Positions 26,696-36,999 of a DNA stretch of 64,000 nt are shown here, piece after piece. A program made the position numbers and the translations under genes. The notes below the pieces were generated by a model, which was given only the letters and a program-made list of their open reading frames with translations, searched no databases and was not told where the DNA came from. Origin of the DNA: Spirochaetia bacterium (GTDB taxonomy: Bacteria; Spirochaetota; Spirochaetia; SZUA-6; Bin103); NCBI GenBank assembly GCA_965198005.1, contig CBDAOI010000003.1, positions 1,056,001 to 1,120,000 on the forward strand, in the 5' to 3' direction. Each line of letters begins with the position of its first letter. Within the stretch, counting starts at the first letter, position 1.

Positions 26696-28724
26696 TCGAG
26701 GCGCCTGCGGGGGTGCGCGGCGCGAAGTGGGTGAAGAACATGGCGAATGCGCCGCGGCCCCGGGTCAGGCTGCGGAGCGTCGTCGAGTACCCGAACATGC
26801 GCGCCAGCGGCGCGTGCGCGGTTACCTGCTCGGCCCCGGCGCGCGACTCCACGCCGAGCACGGTCGCGCCGCGAGTGCCGAGGTTGCCGATTACGTCGCC
26901 GAGAAACTCCGCGGGCACCGTGACGTCCACTTCCATGACCGGCTCCAGCAGCACCGGCTCCGCTTGCCGGCAGGCGTCGGAGAAGGCCAGTGCTCCCGCC
27001 GCCTCGAATGCCACCGCCGACGAGACCGCCTCGTAGGTGGCGGCCTCGACGATGACCGCGATGTCGATGGTCTGGTAACCGTACAGCACACCGGAGCTCA
27101 TGGCGTTGCGGATTCCCCGTTCCAGTGCTTGCGCCACCGCCGCGGGCAAGGTCCCGCCGGCCAGCTCGCTCGCCACCCGGTTGCCGCCGCCCGGCGCCTG
27201 CGGCTCCACCCGCAGGGTGAGCTCGGCCAGGTGCAGGTTCCCGGCGATAGTACGCTGGAAACGTTGGTGGAAGCGGGCGGACCTGCTGATCGACTCGCGG
27301 TAGGAGACCTGCGGCTGACCGACCCGCGTTTCGACCCGGAACTCCGCCGACAGCCGCCGGACCACCACGTCGAGGTGCAACTCACCCATCCCCGAGATCA
27401 CGATCTGGCCGGTCTCCGCACTCTCCTCGACGAAGAAGGTGGGGTCTTCACGTGCGATCAGCTCCAGCGCCCCCCGCAGCCTTCCGGCCTCCGCCAGCGT
27501 GCGCGGCTCCACGGCCGCGGCAATGACGGGTTGCGGAAAGCTCATCCGCTCCAGCAGCAGGTCGACGCCGGCGCCCGCCAGGGTGTCGCCGGTGCGGACG
27601 TGCTTGAATCCGACCGCCACGGCGATGTCGCCGGCGGCGAGCTCGTCCAACGGCTGCGATCGATTGGCGTGCATCCGCAACAGCCGGCCGATCCGCTCGC
27701 GCCCGCCGCGGCCGACGTTGCGCACGGTGGCGCCGGTCTTGAACCGGCCCGCGTACGCCCGCACGTAGGTCAGGAGTCCTGCCTCCCGGTCGGTGCGCAG
27801 CTTGAACGCCAGACCCACGGGAGCGCCGGTCCGCGTGCGCGCCAACGCTACCGGATTGCCGGCACGGTCCAGCGCCGTGGCGGGCGCCAGCTCGTCCGGA
27901 CCCGGCAGGTAGTCGACCACCGCGTCGAGCAGGGGCTGGACACCGACGTCACGCAGTGCCGATCCACAGAACACCGGAAAGAAATCGTTGGCGATGGTGC
28001 GCCGGCGAATCTCGCGCCGCAGCAGCCCGGCCGGTATCGGAGCGCCCTCCAGGTAGCGCGCGGTAATCTCGTCCGAGGTGTTGGCCAGCTCGTCGAGCAG
28101 GCGTTCGCGCGCCGCCGCCGCCGCGCCGGCCAGCTCCGGGGGGATCGGCCCCCGCTCCACCTGTTCCCCGCGGGGACCCTTGAACCGGAGCGCGACCTGG
28201 TCGATCAGGTCGACGATGCCCGTAAACGCGGCCTCGGTCCCGAACGGAAGCTGCAGGGGCACGGGTCGTACGCCGAGCTTGGCCGCCATCTCGCCGACCA
28301 CCGCCTCGAACCGCGCTCCGACCCGGTCGAGCTTGTTGATGAACGCGATGCGCGGCACGCGGTAGCGGTCGCTCTGCCGCCACACCGCCTCGGACTGCGG
28401 TTCGACGCCCTCGACCGCGGAGAAGATCCCGACCGCCCCGTCGAGGACGCGCAGCGCCCGTTCGACCTCGGCCGTGAAATCGACGTGACCGGGGGTGTCG
28501 ATGAGGTTGATCTGGTGGGCGCGCCAGAAGCAGGTGGTGGCCGCCGCGGTAATCGTGATGCCGCGTTCCTGTTCCTGGCTCATCCAGTCCATGGTGGCCT
28601 CGCCGTCGTCGACCTCGCCGATGCGGTGGCTCCGGCCGGTGTAGAACAGGATCCGTTCGGTGGTGGTGGTCTTGCCGGCATCGATATGGGCGATGATGCC
28701 GATGTTGCGGACCCGGTCAGCCAT
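26667..28724 (-). CDS. fusA: Elongation factor G paralogue (canonical G domain, degenerate domain IV; recycling-type EF-G2-like)
   Basis: [48 protein letters not shown] and HDVDSS loops replaced. Confidence 0.92.
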   Translation of the reverse strand: MADRVRNIGIIAHIDAGKTTTTERILFYTGRSHRIGEVDDGEATMDWMSQEQERGITITAAATTCFWRAHQINLIDTPGHVDFTAEVERALRVLDGAVGIFSAVEGVEPQSEAVWRQSDRYRVPRIAFINKLDRVGARFEAVVGEMAAKLGVRPVPLQLPFGTEAAFTGIVDLIDQVALRFKGPRGEQVERGPIPPELAGAAAAARERLLDELANTSDEITARYLEGAPIPAGLLRREIRRRTIANDFFPVFCGSALRDVGVQPLLDAVVDYLPGPDELAPATALDRAGNPVALARTRTGAPVGLAFKLRTDREAGLLTYVRAYAGRFKTGATVRNVGRGGRERIGRLLRMHANRSQPLDELAAGDIAVAVGFKHVRTGDTLAGAGVDLLLERMSFPQPVIAAAVEPRTLAEAGRLRGALELIAREDPTFFVEESAETGQIVISGMGELHLDVVVRRLSAEFRVETRVGQPQVSYRESISRSARFHQRFQRTIAGNLHLAELTLRVEPQAPGGGNRVASELAGGTLPAAVAQALERGIRNAMSSGVLYGYQTIDIAVIVEAATYEAVSSAVAFEAAGALAFSDACRQAEPVLLEPVMEVDVTVPAEFLGDVIGNLGTRGATVLGVESRAGAEQVTAHAPLARMFGYSTTLRSLTRGRGAFAMFFTHFAPRTPAGASTTTRPPSWR

Positions 28725-28733
28725 GGGACCCGG

Positions 28734-29501
28734 TCAAGCCGCGCGCCGCGCGCTGGTGCCCGGGAGGAGCAGGGTCGCCATCAGCCGGCACCGCACGCCA
28801 CCGCCGTCGCGGCGCGAGGAGTGGAGCCGGGGACTGCAACACGTGCACTCGGTGACGACCTCGAGGTCACGTACGCCCAGGCGGCGCAGCAGGACCACGT
28901 TGGCCGCGCCCAGGTCGAGGTAACGCAGCCCGGCCGCCGTCCGTACCGCGGCCGGACCGTAGGCGTGCCGAAACCGATCGTACCGGGCCCGGTCGACGTG
29001 GTAGCAGCAGGCGCCGATTCCCGGCCCGATGACTGCCCGCAGCCGGTCGGGCGCGACCCGGAACCGGGACTGCAGCGCGCGCACCGCGACCGCCGCGATG
29101 CCGGTGCCGCGCCAGCCGGAGTGCAGCAGGGCGTAGCCACCCCCGGGGGCAGCCAACATGATCGGCAGACAATCCGCCATGGAGGCCATCAGCACCACGC
29201 CGTGCGCCGCGCAGGCCGGCCCGGCGACGATGCCGTCGGCGCCGTCAGCCGCCCACAGCCCGGGCCCGTCGGCCGCGCCGGCGCCGCTCGGCCACAGCCG
29301 GCGGCAGTCGGATGCGGGTACCACCCGGCGCGAATGGACCTGCCGCACGCGCCGCAGCCGTGCAGGCGCGATTCCCAGCCGTGCGAGCAGCGCCCGGAGC
29401 GGCTCCGGCCGGCGCACGTCGCCGGCTGAGCGCAACGAAACCACGGCCTGAAATCCCGCCCCGACCGGCAGCTCCAACTCGGTGGCGGTGGGCCGGAGCA
29501 T
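28734..29501 (-). CDS. pgeF: PgeF/YfiH purine nucleoside phosphorylase (laccase-domain protein)
   Basis: QVHS, ADG, ADCLPI, HSGWRG, GPGIGACCY, CTCC. Confidence 0.9.
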   Translation of the reverse strand: MLRPTATELELPVGAGFQAVVSLRSAGDVRRPEPLRALLARLGIAPARLRRVRQVHSRRVVPASDCRRLWPSGAGAADGPGLWAADGADGIVAGPACAAHGVVLMASMADCLPIMLAAPGGGYALLHSGWRGTGIAAVAVRALQSRFRVAPDRLRAVIGPGIGACCYHVDRARYDRFRHAYGPAAVRTAAGLRYLDLGAANVVLLRRLGVRDLEVVTECTCCSPRLHSSRRDGGGVRCRLMATLLLPGTSARRAA

Positions 29502-29527
29502 CGCCCGCGGCCCACCCCGACCGGGCG

Positions 29528-30115
29528 TCAGTCGTCGGATACCGGGACCAGCGCCGCGGCCGCGATCAGCTTCACCGCGTCGCCGATCAGGAACGGCGTC
29601 AGGCCCAGGGCGAGGGCGGTGACCAAGCCGCCGTCGACGAACCGCGCCAGCCAGGGCACCCCGAACAGATAGATCACCAGGTTGCCGGCGAGCATCATCA
29701 GCACCACCTGCCAGCGTTGGCCACCGCTCAGGTAGGAGCGCAGCCAGGCGATGAGCACCGCCGCCGCCAGGAACCCCATCAGGTAGCCGCCCGAGGGACC
29801 GGCCAACACGGCTGCCCCGGCCGCGCCGCCGGCAAAGAAGGGCAGCCCCAGCAAGCCTTGCGCCAGATACGCCGCCACCGCCGCCGGCCCGCGCCACCCC
29901 GGCAGCAACACCGGCAGCAGCAGCACCCCGAACGTCTGCCCGGTAATCGGAATGGGGGTGAATGGCAGGTTGATGCGGATCTGCGCGCACAGTGCCAGCA
30001 GCAGCGATCCGGTGAGCACCGTCACCACGTCGGTCATGATCGGGCCGATACCGGCCGGCGCCAGCGCCCGGTCGGCGGGCCGGTCCGCGTACCTGAAGGA
30101 AAAGCCGTTCGCCAT
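29528..30115 (-). CDS. bioY: Biotin transporter BioY
   Basis: PFTPIPITGQTFGV, GLPFFAGG, GPSGGYL.GF, PFLIGD.VK. Confidence 0.92.
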   Translation of the reverse strand: MANGFSFRYADRPADRALAPAGIGPIMTDVVTVLTGSLLLALCAQIRINLPFTPIPITGQTFGVLLLPVLLPGWRGPAAVAAYLAQGLLGLPFFAGGAAGAAVLAGPSGGYLMGFLAAAVLIAWLRSYLSGGQRWQVVLMMLAGNLVIYLFGVPWLARFVDGGLVTALALGLTPFLIGDAVKLIAAAALVPVSDD

Positions 30116-30234
30116 GGCCCTGACCCTAACTCCGTGCGCCGCCTCACGCAAGCAGCCACGTTGTGCGCGGTTGTGCGCGTTGTGCGCTGTGCGTACTTGA
30201 CGTGCCGTCGGTTGCGGGGCTCTAGTCACGCGAC

Positions 30235-31824
30235 ATGTCAGTTCGCGTGCGCTACGCTCCTTCTCCGACCGGCCGCCAGCACGTCGGCAACGTCCGCACC
30301 GCCCTGTTCGACTACCTGCTGGCGCGTTCCTGCGGCGGCACCTTGGTCCTGCGGATCGAGGATACCGACCGCCGACGGTTCGATCCGGGCGCGCTGCAGG
30401 ACGTGTACGACACCCTCACCTGGCTCGGCCTGCAGTGGGACGAGGGGCCGGACGTGGGCGGGCCGCATGCGCCGTACGTGCAGTCGGAGCGGCTCGACTT
30501 CTACCGCACGGTAGCCGAACGGCTGGTGGAGCGCGGCCATGCCTATCGCTGCTACTGCAGCGCCGAGCGGCTGCAGCGGGTGCGCGCCGCCGCCAACGGC
30601 TACGACCGCAAGTGCCGCACCCTGGCGCCCGCCGAGCGGCTGGAGCAGGAGCGCCGCGGCGGCCGCGCCGTGATCCGATTCAAGGTGCCCCTGGAAGGCG
30701 CCACCCGTTGCGATGACCTGCTGCTGGGCACCGTCGAACGGCAGAACCGGGACCTCAGCCCGGATCCCGTGCTGCTGAAGTCGGACGGCTTTCCGACCTA
30801 TCACCTGGCGGCCACGGCCGACGATCACGCGATGCGCATCAGCCACGTGCTGCGCTCCCAGGAGTGGGTGTCGTCGGCGCCGCTGCATCTCCTGATCTTC
30901 GAGGCGTGCGGCTGGCAGCCGCCGCGCTACGTTCATCTGCCGCCGGTGAACGGTCCCGACGGCAAGAAGCTGGGCAAGCGCCACGGCGCCACCAGCGTCG
31001 GCGAATTCCGCGCGCGCGGGTTCCTGCCGGAGGCGCTGGTCAACTGCCTGGCGCTGCTCGGCTGGTCGCCGGGTGACGACCGCGAGCTGTTTCGCCTCGA
31101 GGAGTTGGCGCAGGTGTTCAGCCTCGAGCGGCTCGGCCGCGCCGGGGCGGTGTTCGACCATCGCAAGCTGGAGTGGTTCAACGGCCACTACATTCGTATG
31201 TTGTCGCCGGCGCGGCTGGCCGCGGCCATGGCGCCCTACCTGCAGGCGGCCGGTATCCAGGTGGCGGACGCGGCGCAGGGAGCGGCCCTCGCCGAGCTGT
31301 TGCGCGAGCGGCTGGCGGTGCTGGACGAGGCGCCGGCACGCGCGGCGTTCCTGGCCGCCGACCGGGAGCTTGCGGCGGCGGAGTTGGTGCCCAAGCGGTT
31401 GACCGCCGTCCGGGCGGCGGCGGTGCTGCGCGGCGCGGAGCCGCTGCTGGAGGAGCCGCCCCGGGCGGCGGACGAGCATGCGCTGGAGGAGCGGCTGCGG
31501 GAGCTGGCCGCCACGCTCGGGGTGAAGTTTGGAGACCTGATGATGACGATTCGACTGGCGACGACCGGGAGCAAGGTATCGCCGCCGCTGTTTGGTTCGC
31601 TACGCCTGCTCGGCGGAGAGCGGGTGCGGCGCCGCCTGGCGCAGGCGCAGGCCACGGTCGAAGCGGCGACCGCCGCGGACCGCACGGCGGCGGGCACTGC
31701 CGCCACCACTGAAGCCTCAGCCGAAGCCTCAGCCGAAGCCGGCAACGATGCCACGGCGCCCGCCACAACGCCGGCAACCGCGACCGACGCCCCCGGCGCC
31801 GCCGCCGACCAGCGCGCAGGCTGA
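30235..31824 (+). CDS. gltX: Glutamate--tRNA ligase
   Basis: VRYAPSPTG.QHVGN, LRIEDTD, PTYHLA, KLGKR; Ala/Thr-rich C-terminal tail. Confidence 0.96.
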   Translation: MSVRVRYAPSPTGRQHVGNVRTALFDYLLARSCGGTLVLRIEDTDRRRFDPGALQDVYDTLTWLGLQWDEGPDVGGPHAPYVQSERLDFYRTVAERLVERGHAYRCYCSAERLQRVRAAANGYDRKCRTLAPAERLEQERRGGRAVIRFKVPLEGATRCDDLLLGTVERQNRDLSPDPVLLKSDGFPTYHLAATADDHAMRISHVLRSQEWVSSAPLHLLIFEACGWQPPRYVHLPPVNGPDGKKLGKRHGATSVGEFRARGFLPEALVNCLALLGWSPGDDRELFRLEELAQVFSLERLGRAGAVFDHRKLEWFNGHYIRMLSPARLAAAMAPYLQAAGIQVADAAQGAALAELLRERLAVLDEAPARAAFLAADRELAAAELVPKRLTAVRAAAVLRGAEPLLEEPPRAADEHALEERLRELAATLGVKFGDLMMTIRLATTGSKVSPPLFGSLRLLGGERVRRRLAQAQATVEAATAADRTAAGTAATTEASAEASAEAGNDATAPATTPATATDAPGAAADQRAG

Positions 31825-31826
31825 CC

Positions 31827-33158
31827 GTGGCAGTTTCCATGGACACCCTGGTGGCGCTGTGCAAGCGGCGCGGCTTCATCTTCCCGTCCAGCGACGTGTA
31901 CGGCGGCCTCGCCTCGGCCTGGGACTACGGCCCCCTCGGCGCGGCCCTCAAGAACCGGCTGCGGGACGTCTGGTGGCGCGAGATGACCCAGCTCCACGAC
32001 AACATCGTGGGCCTCGACGCGGCCATCCTGATGCACCCGCGGGTGTGGGAAGCGTCCGGTCACGTCGAGAACTTCACCGACCCGCTGGTCGACTGCCGCA
32101 ACTGCAAGGCGCGCTTCCGCGCCGACCAGATTGCGGACCCGTCCGGCCGCTGCCCGCAGTGCGGGGCGCCGGAGCTGACCGACGCGCGCCAGTTCAATCT
32201 GATGTTCCGCACCCACCTCGGGCCGGTGCAGGACGCCGGCAGCGTGGTCTATCTGCGTCCCGAGACCGCCCAGGGCAGCTACGTCAACTTCAAGAACGTG
32301 CTGCAGTCGAGCCGGCTCAAGATCCCGTTCGGGATCGCGCAGGTGGGCAAGGCGTTCCGCAACGAGATCACCACCAAGAGCTTCATCTTCCGTACCTGCG
32401 AATTCGAGCAGATGGAGATGCAGTACTTCGTCCATCCCAGCGAGGACGTGCGCTGGTTCGAGCACTGGAAGGAGCGCCGCTTCCAGTACTACCTCGACCT
32501 CGGCATCGACCCCGACAACCTGCGGTTTCATCAGCACGGCCCGGACGAGCTGGCCCACTACGCGCGCGACGCGTACGACATCCAGTACCGGTTTCCGTTC
32601 GGCTGGCAGGAACTGGAGGGGATCCACAACCGCACCGACTACGACCTGAAGCGGCACATGGAATTCGCCGGCAAGGATCTGAGCTATCTGGACGAGAGCA
32701 GCCGCCAGCGCTACGTGCCGTTCATCATCGAGACCGCGGTCGGGCTCACCCGGTCGGTGCTGATGGCGCTGGCCGATGCCTACGCCGAGGACGAGGTGGG
32801 CGGCGAGCGGCGCGCGCTGCTGCGCTTCCACCCGCAAGTGGCCCCGATCACCGTCGGCGTGTTCCCGCTGGTCAAGAAGGACGGTCTGGCGGAGCGGGCG
32901 CGTGCCATCGAGGAGGAGCTGCGCGAGTCGTTCGCCACCTTCTACGACCAGGGCGGGGCGATCGGCCGCCGCTACCGCCGGCAGGACGAGATCGGCACGC
33001 CGTTCTGCGTCACCGTGGACTACCAGACGATGGACGACGATACGGTGACGTTGCGCTTCCGCGACTCCACGCGGCAGGAGCGGGTGGCGCGGCGCGAGTT
33101 GACGGCACGCCTGCAGGAGGCGACCCGCAGCTACCGGCGGGTGGCGGCGGCGGGGTGA
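31827..33158 (+). CDS. glyS: Glycine--tRNA ligase (homodimeric alpha2 type)
   Basis: CKRRGF, WDYGPLG, LRPETAQG, GKAFRNEI, GRRYRRQDEIGTPFC. Confidence 0.96.
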   Translation: MAVSMDTLVALCKRRGFIFPSSDVYGGLASAWDYGPLGAALKNRLRDVWWREMTQLHDNIVGLDAAILMHPRVWEASGHVENFTDPLVDCRNCKARFRADQIADPSGRCPQCGAPELTDARQFNLMFRTHLGPVQDAGSVVYLRPETAQGSYVNFKNVLQSSRLKIPFGIAQVGKAFRNEITTKSFIFRTCEFEQMEMQYFVHPSEDVRWFEHWKERRFQYYLDLGIDPDNLRFHQHGPDELAHYARDAYDIQYRFPFGWQELEGIHNRTDYDLKRHMEFAGKDLSYLDESSRQRYVPFIIETAVGLTRSVLMALADAYAEDEVGGERRALLRFHPQVAPITVGVFPLVKKDGLAERARAIEEELRESFATFYDQGGAIGRRYRRQDEIGTPFCVTVDYQTMDDDTVTLRFRDSTRQERVARRELTARLQEATRSYRRVAAAG

Positions 33159-33178
33159 GCGGCGGGGGCCGCCCGCGC

Positions 33179-34462
33179 ATGGCAACCACGGTCGGCGGGA
33201 GCGCCGCCGGGGGCGTAGCGCCCGCTAGCGCGGGCGCCGACGCGGGCGCGCTGGCCACCCTCGCGCGGCGCGGGCTGGTCAAGCAGACCACCGGCAACGA
33301 GGCGCTGGCGCGGCTGCTGGACGCCGCTCCGGTGACCTTCTACCTGGGCATCGACCCCACCGGCCCGAGCCTGCACGCCGGCCACCTGGTGGGCCTGCTG
33401 GCGATGGCGCACCTGCAGCGCGCCGGCCATCAGCCGGTGCTGCTGATCGGCGGCGGCACGGCGCGGGTCGGCGATCCGTCGGACAAGGACGACATGCGGC
33501 CGCTGCTGCCGGTGGAGGAGGTGGCGCGCAACGCCGAGCTGATGCAGCGCCAGGTCGGCCGCTTTATCGATCTGGAGCGCACCATCGTGGTCGACAACGC
33601 CGCGTGGCTGGCCGATCTGGGCTATCTCGACTTCCTGCGCGAGATCGGGCGCCATTTCTCGGTGAACCGCATGCTCGGCTTCGAGGCCTACCGGCGGCGG
33701 CTCAAGACCGGCTTGAGCTTTCTGGAATTCAACTACCTCCTGCTGCAGGCCTACGACTACCTGCTGCTGCACCAGCGCTACGGCTGCCTGCTGCAGATCG
33801 GCGGCGACGACCAGTGGGCGAACATTCTGGCGGGGGTCGACCTCATCCGGCGCGTGCAGCAGGCGGAGGCGCACGCGCTGACCTGGCCGCTGGTGACCAC
33901 CGCCGACGGCAAGAAGATGGGCAAGACCGCGGCCGGGGCGCTGTTCCTCGATCCGGAGCGGGTTACCCCCTACCAGTTCTACCAGTACTGGATCAACGTG
34001 CCGGATGCGGATGTCGGCAAGCTGCTGGCGCTGCTTACCCTGCTGCCCGAGGCGGAGGTGGCCGAGCTGAGCCGGCTGCGCGATCAGGCGACGGGTGCGG
34101 CCAAGCAGCGGCTGGCGCTGGAGCTGACCGGCATGGTGCACGGCGCGGAGCAGGCGCAGCGGGCGCAGGCGGCCAGCCGCGCGCTGTTTGCCGGCGCCGG
34201 CGGCAACCGTGACGCGATGCCGAGCGCGCCGCTGGCCGCCGCCGAACTGGCCGCCGGCGTGCCGCTGGTGGAGTTGCTCGCGCGCAGCTCGCTGTGCGCC
34301 TCCAGGAGCGACGCCCGCCGCCTGATCGAGCAGGGCGGCGCGCGGGTGGGGGACACGGTGCGCACCGACGTCCACGCGGTCGTCGGTCCGGCCGACGCGG
34401 CCGCGGGCGAGATCGTGCTGCGGGCCGGCAAGAAACGGTTCTTCCGCTACCGGATACGGTAA
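33179..34462 (+). CDS. tyrS: Tyrosine--tRNA ligase
   Basis: YLGIDPTGPSLHAGH, QIGGDDQW.NI, KMGKT, C-terminal S4 domain. Start at 33155 or 33179. Confidence 0.96.
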   Translation: MATTVGGSAAGGVAPASAGADAGALATLARRGLVKQTTGNEALARLLDAAPVTFYLGIDPTGPSLHAGHLVGLLAMAHLQRAGHQPVLLIGGGTARVGDPSDKDDMRPLLPVEEVARNAELMQRQVGRFIDLERTIVVDNAAWLADLGYLDFLREIGRHFSVNRMLGFEAYRRRLKTGLSFLEFNYLLLQAYDYLLLHQRYGCLLQIGGDDQWANILAGVDLIRRVQQAEAHALTWPLVTTADGKKMGKTAAGALFLDPERVTPYQFYQYWINVPDADVGKLLALLTLLPEAEVAELSRLRDQATGAAKQRLALELTGMVHGAEQAQRAQAASRALFAGAGGNRDAMPSAPLAAAELAAGVPLVELLARSSLCASRSDARRLIEQGGARVGDTVRTDVHAVVGPADAAAGEIVLRAGKKRFFRYRIR

Positions 34463-34517
34463 CGCCCCGCCCCGCCGCCCCGCCGCCGGAGCCACCGTGC
34501 CACCGCTCCAGCCCGGC

Positions 34518-34546
34518 TTGACTTCGGCGCCGGCGGGCGGTACCGT
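34518..34546 (+). promoter_or_regulatory. Putative sigma70 promoter of rpsT
   Basis: TTGACT-N17-TACCGT. Confidence 0.55.
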
Positions 34547-34593
34547 AAATGTTCGGATAGTGGCGACTTGGATTCGCCCAGAGGAGGTACGCT

Positions 34594-34860
34594 GTGCCCG
34601 CCAAACGATCGGCTGCCAAGCGCCAACGGCAAAACGCGAAACGCCGGGTCCGCAATCGCGCCGTGTTGAGTCGTGTGCGGACCACCCTGCGCAAAGCGCG
34701 CGAGGCGCTGGCGGCGGGGGGAACCGCCACGGACGAACATCTGGTGGCCGCGGTCCGGGAACTGGATCGCGCCGTTTCCAAGGGCACGTTGAAGCGTAAC
34801 ACCGCGGCCCGCCGCAAGCGGCGTCTGCATGCACGGGCGGCGCGCGTGGCGTCGGCCTGA
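34594..34860 (+). CDS. rpsT: 30S ribosomal protein S20
   Basis: SAAKR.RQN.KRR.RN, LDRAVSKG..K.NTAAR.K.RL; GAGGAG SD. Confidence 0.95.
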   Translation: MPAKRSAAKRQRQNAKRRVRNRAVLSRVRTTLRKAREALAAGGTATDEHLVAAVRELDRAVSKGTLKRNTAARRKRRLHARAARVASA

Positions 34861-34916
34861 CCCCGGAATCATCCGCGCCGGCGAACGGCCGTGGCGAATC
34901 CCGGCGGAGAGCGCGT

Positions 34917-35219
34917 GTGGGCAAGGAGCGGAAGCTGACCAAGGCTCAACTCGTCGACAGCATTTACCTCGACGTAGACGTTGCCAAGAAAGACGTTCAC
35001 CAGGTTCTTGACCTGTTTTTCGAAGCGGTGAAGGACGGGTTGCTGGAGGATCGCGTGATCGAGTTGCGCGGCTTTGGCACCTTCGAGCTGCGCACCCGCC
35101 GCGGCCGTCAGGCGCGCAATCCGAAGACCGGCGAGACGGTACGCGTGGGCGAGCACGGGGTGGCCGTGTTCCGGCCCGGCCGCGAACTGAAGCAGAAGGC
35201 GTGGGAGATCCGGGGCTGA
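34917..35219 (+). CDS. HU/IHF family DNA-binding protein (Hbb-like)
   Basis: LTKAQLV, IELRGFGTFE, ARNPKTGE, FRPGREL. Confidence 0.93.
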   Translation: MGKERKLTKAQLVDSIYLDVDVAKKDVHQVLDLFFEAVKDGLLEDRVIELRGFGTFELRTRRGRQARNPKTGETVRVGEHGVAVFRPGRELKQKAWEIRG

Positions 35220-35241
35220 CTCCGGAGTCTGTCGGCTGACC

Positions 35242-36954
35242 ATGCCCGCGCCGCGGGCGCCTTCCTTGACCGACACGACCGCACCGATTGCCGGCGGCCG
35301 GCCCGGCCGCAACCGGGCGGTCGCGCTGCTGTGGAGCGGCAGCGGCGACCTGGGGCTGCTCCTGGTCGCCGCGGTGCTGTTCGCGCTGGCCCACCCCAAC
35401 CCGCTCATGCAGTGGGGGCTCGGGCCGCTGGCGTTCGTGGCGCTGGCGCCGGTGTTCATGGTGCTGCGGCGCGCCGGCTGGGTGCGCGTGCTGCCGTACG
35501 GCGTGGCGTTCGGGTACGTCAGCTACGCCCTCTACAACTACTGGCTGGCCACCTTCCATCCGCTGGCGATCATCATCGTGCCGGTGGTGTACATGGGTTG
35601 GTTCCTGCTCCTGTTCCCGCTGCTGAAGCTGGCGGACAGTCTCCTGCCGCGCTACGGCTATCTGCTCCAGGTGCTGCTGTGGGCGGGCTACGAGTACGCC
35701 AAGAGCCTCGGCTTTCTGGGATACAGCTACGGCATCCTCGGTTACAGCCAGTACCTGTGGACCGACTTCATCCGGATCGCCGGGGTCACCGGCGTCTGGG
35801 GCGTATCGCTGCTCGTGATCGCCGCGTCCGCGCTGCTCGGGCGGCTGCTGACCGCCGCCCTGGAGGCGGGAGCTTGGCCGTGGCGGCGCGCGGTCTGGCG
35901 CCCGTACCTCCGGCTCCACCGGATCCCGCTGCTGGCGTACGCGCTGCTGCTGGTCGCCAACGTGGGCTACGGCGCGGCCACCCGGACCGACTACAGCCAG
36001 GAGCGGCAGTGGCGCGTGGCCCTGATCCAACAGAACGTCGATCCCTGGCGCGGCGGCTTCTACGCCTACGAGCGGTCGCTGGAGACGCTGCTGCGCCTGA
36101 GCGACGCGGCGCTGCGGGAAGACCCGGAGATCGTCATCTGGTCCGAAACCTCGTTCGTGCCGGGCATCGACTGGCACACCCGGCACCGGACCGACCCGCG
36201 CCGGTTCGCGCTGGTGCAGCGGCTGCGCGCCTATCTGGATCGCCAGACCGTGCCGTTCGTGGTGGGCAACGACGACGGCCAGTTGGAGCGCACCGACGCG
36301 GGCGAAGAGCGCGTCGACTACAACGCGGCGATCGTGTTCGAGGAGGGGGAGATCGTCGAGACCTACCGCAAGGTGCGCCTGGTGCCGTTTACCGAGAGCT
36401 TTCCGTTCAAGGAGCAACTGCCCGGCATCTACAACTGGCTGCTCGAGGCCGACACCCACTTCTGGAAGCCGGGCACCGAGTACGTGGTGTTCGACGCCGC
36501 CGGCGTGCGCTTCTCCACCCCGATCTGTTTCGAGGACACCTTCGGCTACCTCGGGCGCGAGTTCGTGCGTCATGGAGCGCAGGTACTGGTGAACATGACC
36601 AACGACTCCTGGTCGTTCTCGGTGGCGGCGGAGGTCCAGCACATGACGATGGGGGTGTTCCGGGCGGTCGAGAACCGCCGGTCGATGGTGCGCTCCACCA
36701 ACGGCGGGATGACGGTCACGATCGACCCGGACGGCCGCATACTGGACCTGCTCGAGCCGTTCACCGACGACTACCTGATCGGCACCGTGCCGGTCGTGGA
36801 GGGGCCGCCAACGCTGTACACACGCTGGGGAGACTGGCTCGGTGTCCTGGTGCTGGCCGCGGCGCTGCCGTGGCTGGCGGGTGCCGGCCTGCGGCGCGTG
36901 GTCGCGGGAGGTGACCGGCCGCGCCCCCGGCCGCGGCGCCGGCGGCACCGTTGA
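35242..36954 (+). CDS. lnt: Apolipoprotein N-acyltransferase
   Basis: Multi-TM N-terminus; nitrilase triad in WSET, YRKVRLVPF.E, ICFED; RAVEN, NGG. Confidence 0.93.
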   Translation: MPAPRAPSLTDTTAPIAGGRPGRNRAVALLWSGSGDLGLLLVAAVLFALAHPNPLMQWGLGPLAFVALAPVFMVLRRAGWVRVLPYGVAFGYVSYALYNYWLATFHPLAIIIVPVVYMGWFLLLFPLLKLADSLLPRYGYLLQVLLWAGYEYAKSLGFLGYSYGILGYSQYLWTDFIRIAGVTGVWGVSLLVIAASALLGRLLTAALEAGAWPWRRAVWRPYLRLHRIPLLAYALLLVANVGYGAATRTDYSQERQWRVALIQQNVDPWRGGFYAYERSLETLLRLSDAALREDPEIVIWSETSFVPGIDWHTRHRTDPRRFALVQRLRAYLDRQTVPFVVGNDDGQLERTDAGEERVDYNAAIVFEEGEIVETYRKVRLVPFTESFPFKEQLPGIYNWLLEADTHFWKPGTEYVVFDAAGVRFSTPICFEDTFGYLGREFVRHGAQVLVNMTNDSWSFSVAAEVQHMTMGVFRAVENRRSMVRSTNGGMTVTIDPDGRILDLLEPFTDDYLIGTVPVVEGPPTLYTRWGDWLGVLVLAAALPWLAGAGLRRVVAGGDRPRPRPRRRRHR

Positions 36955-36999
36955 CAACGAGGCGGCAGGTGCGCGAGGATCGACTTACGTCCGCTACCC

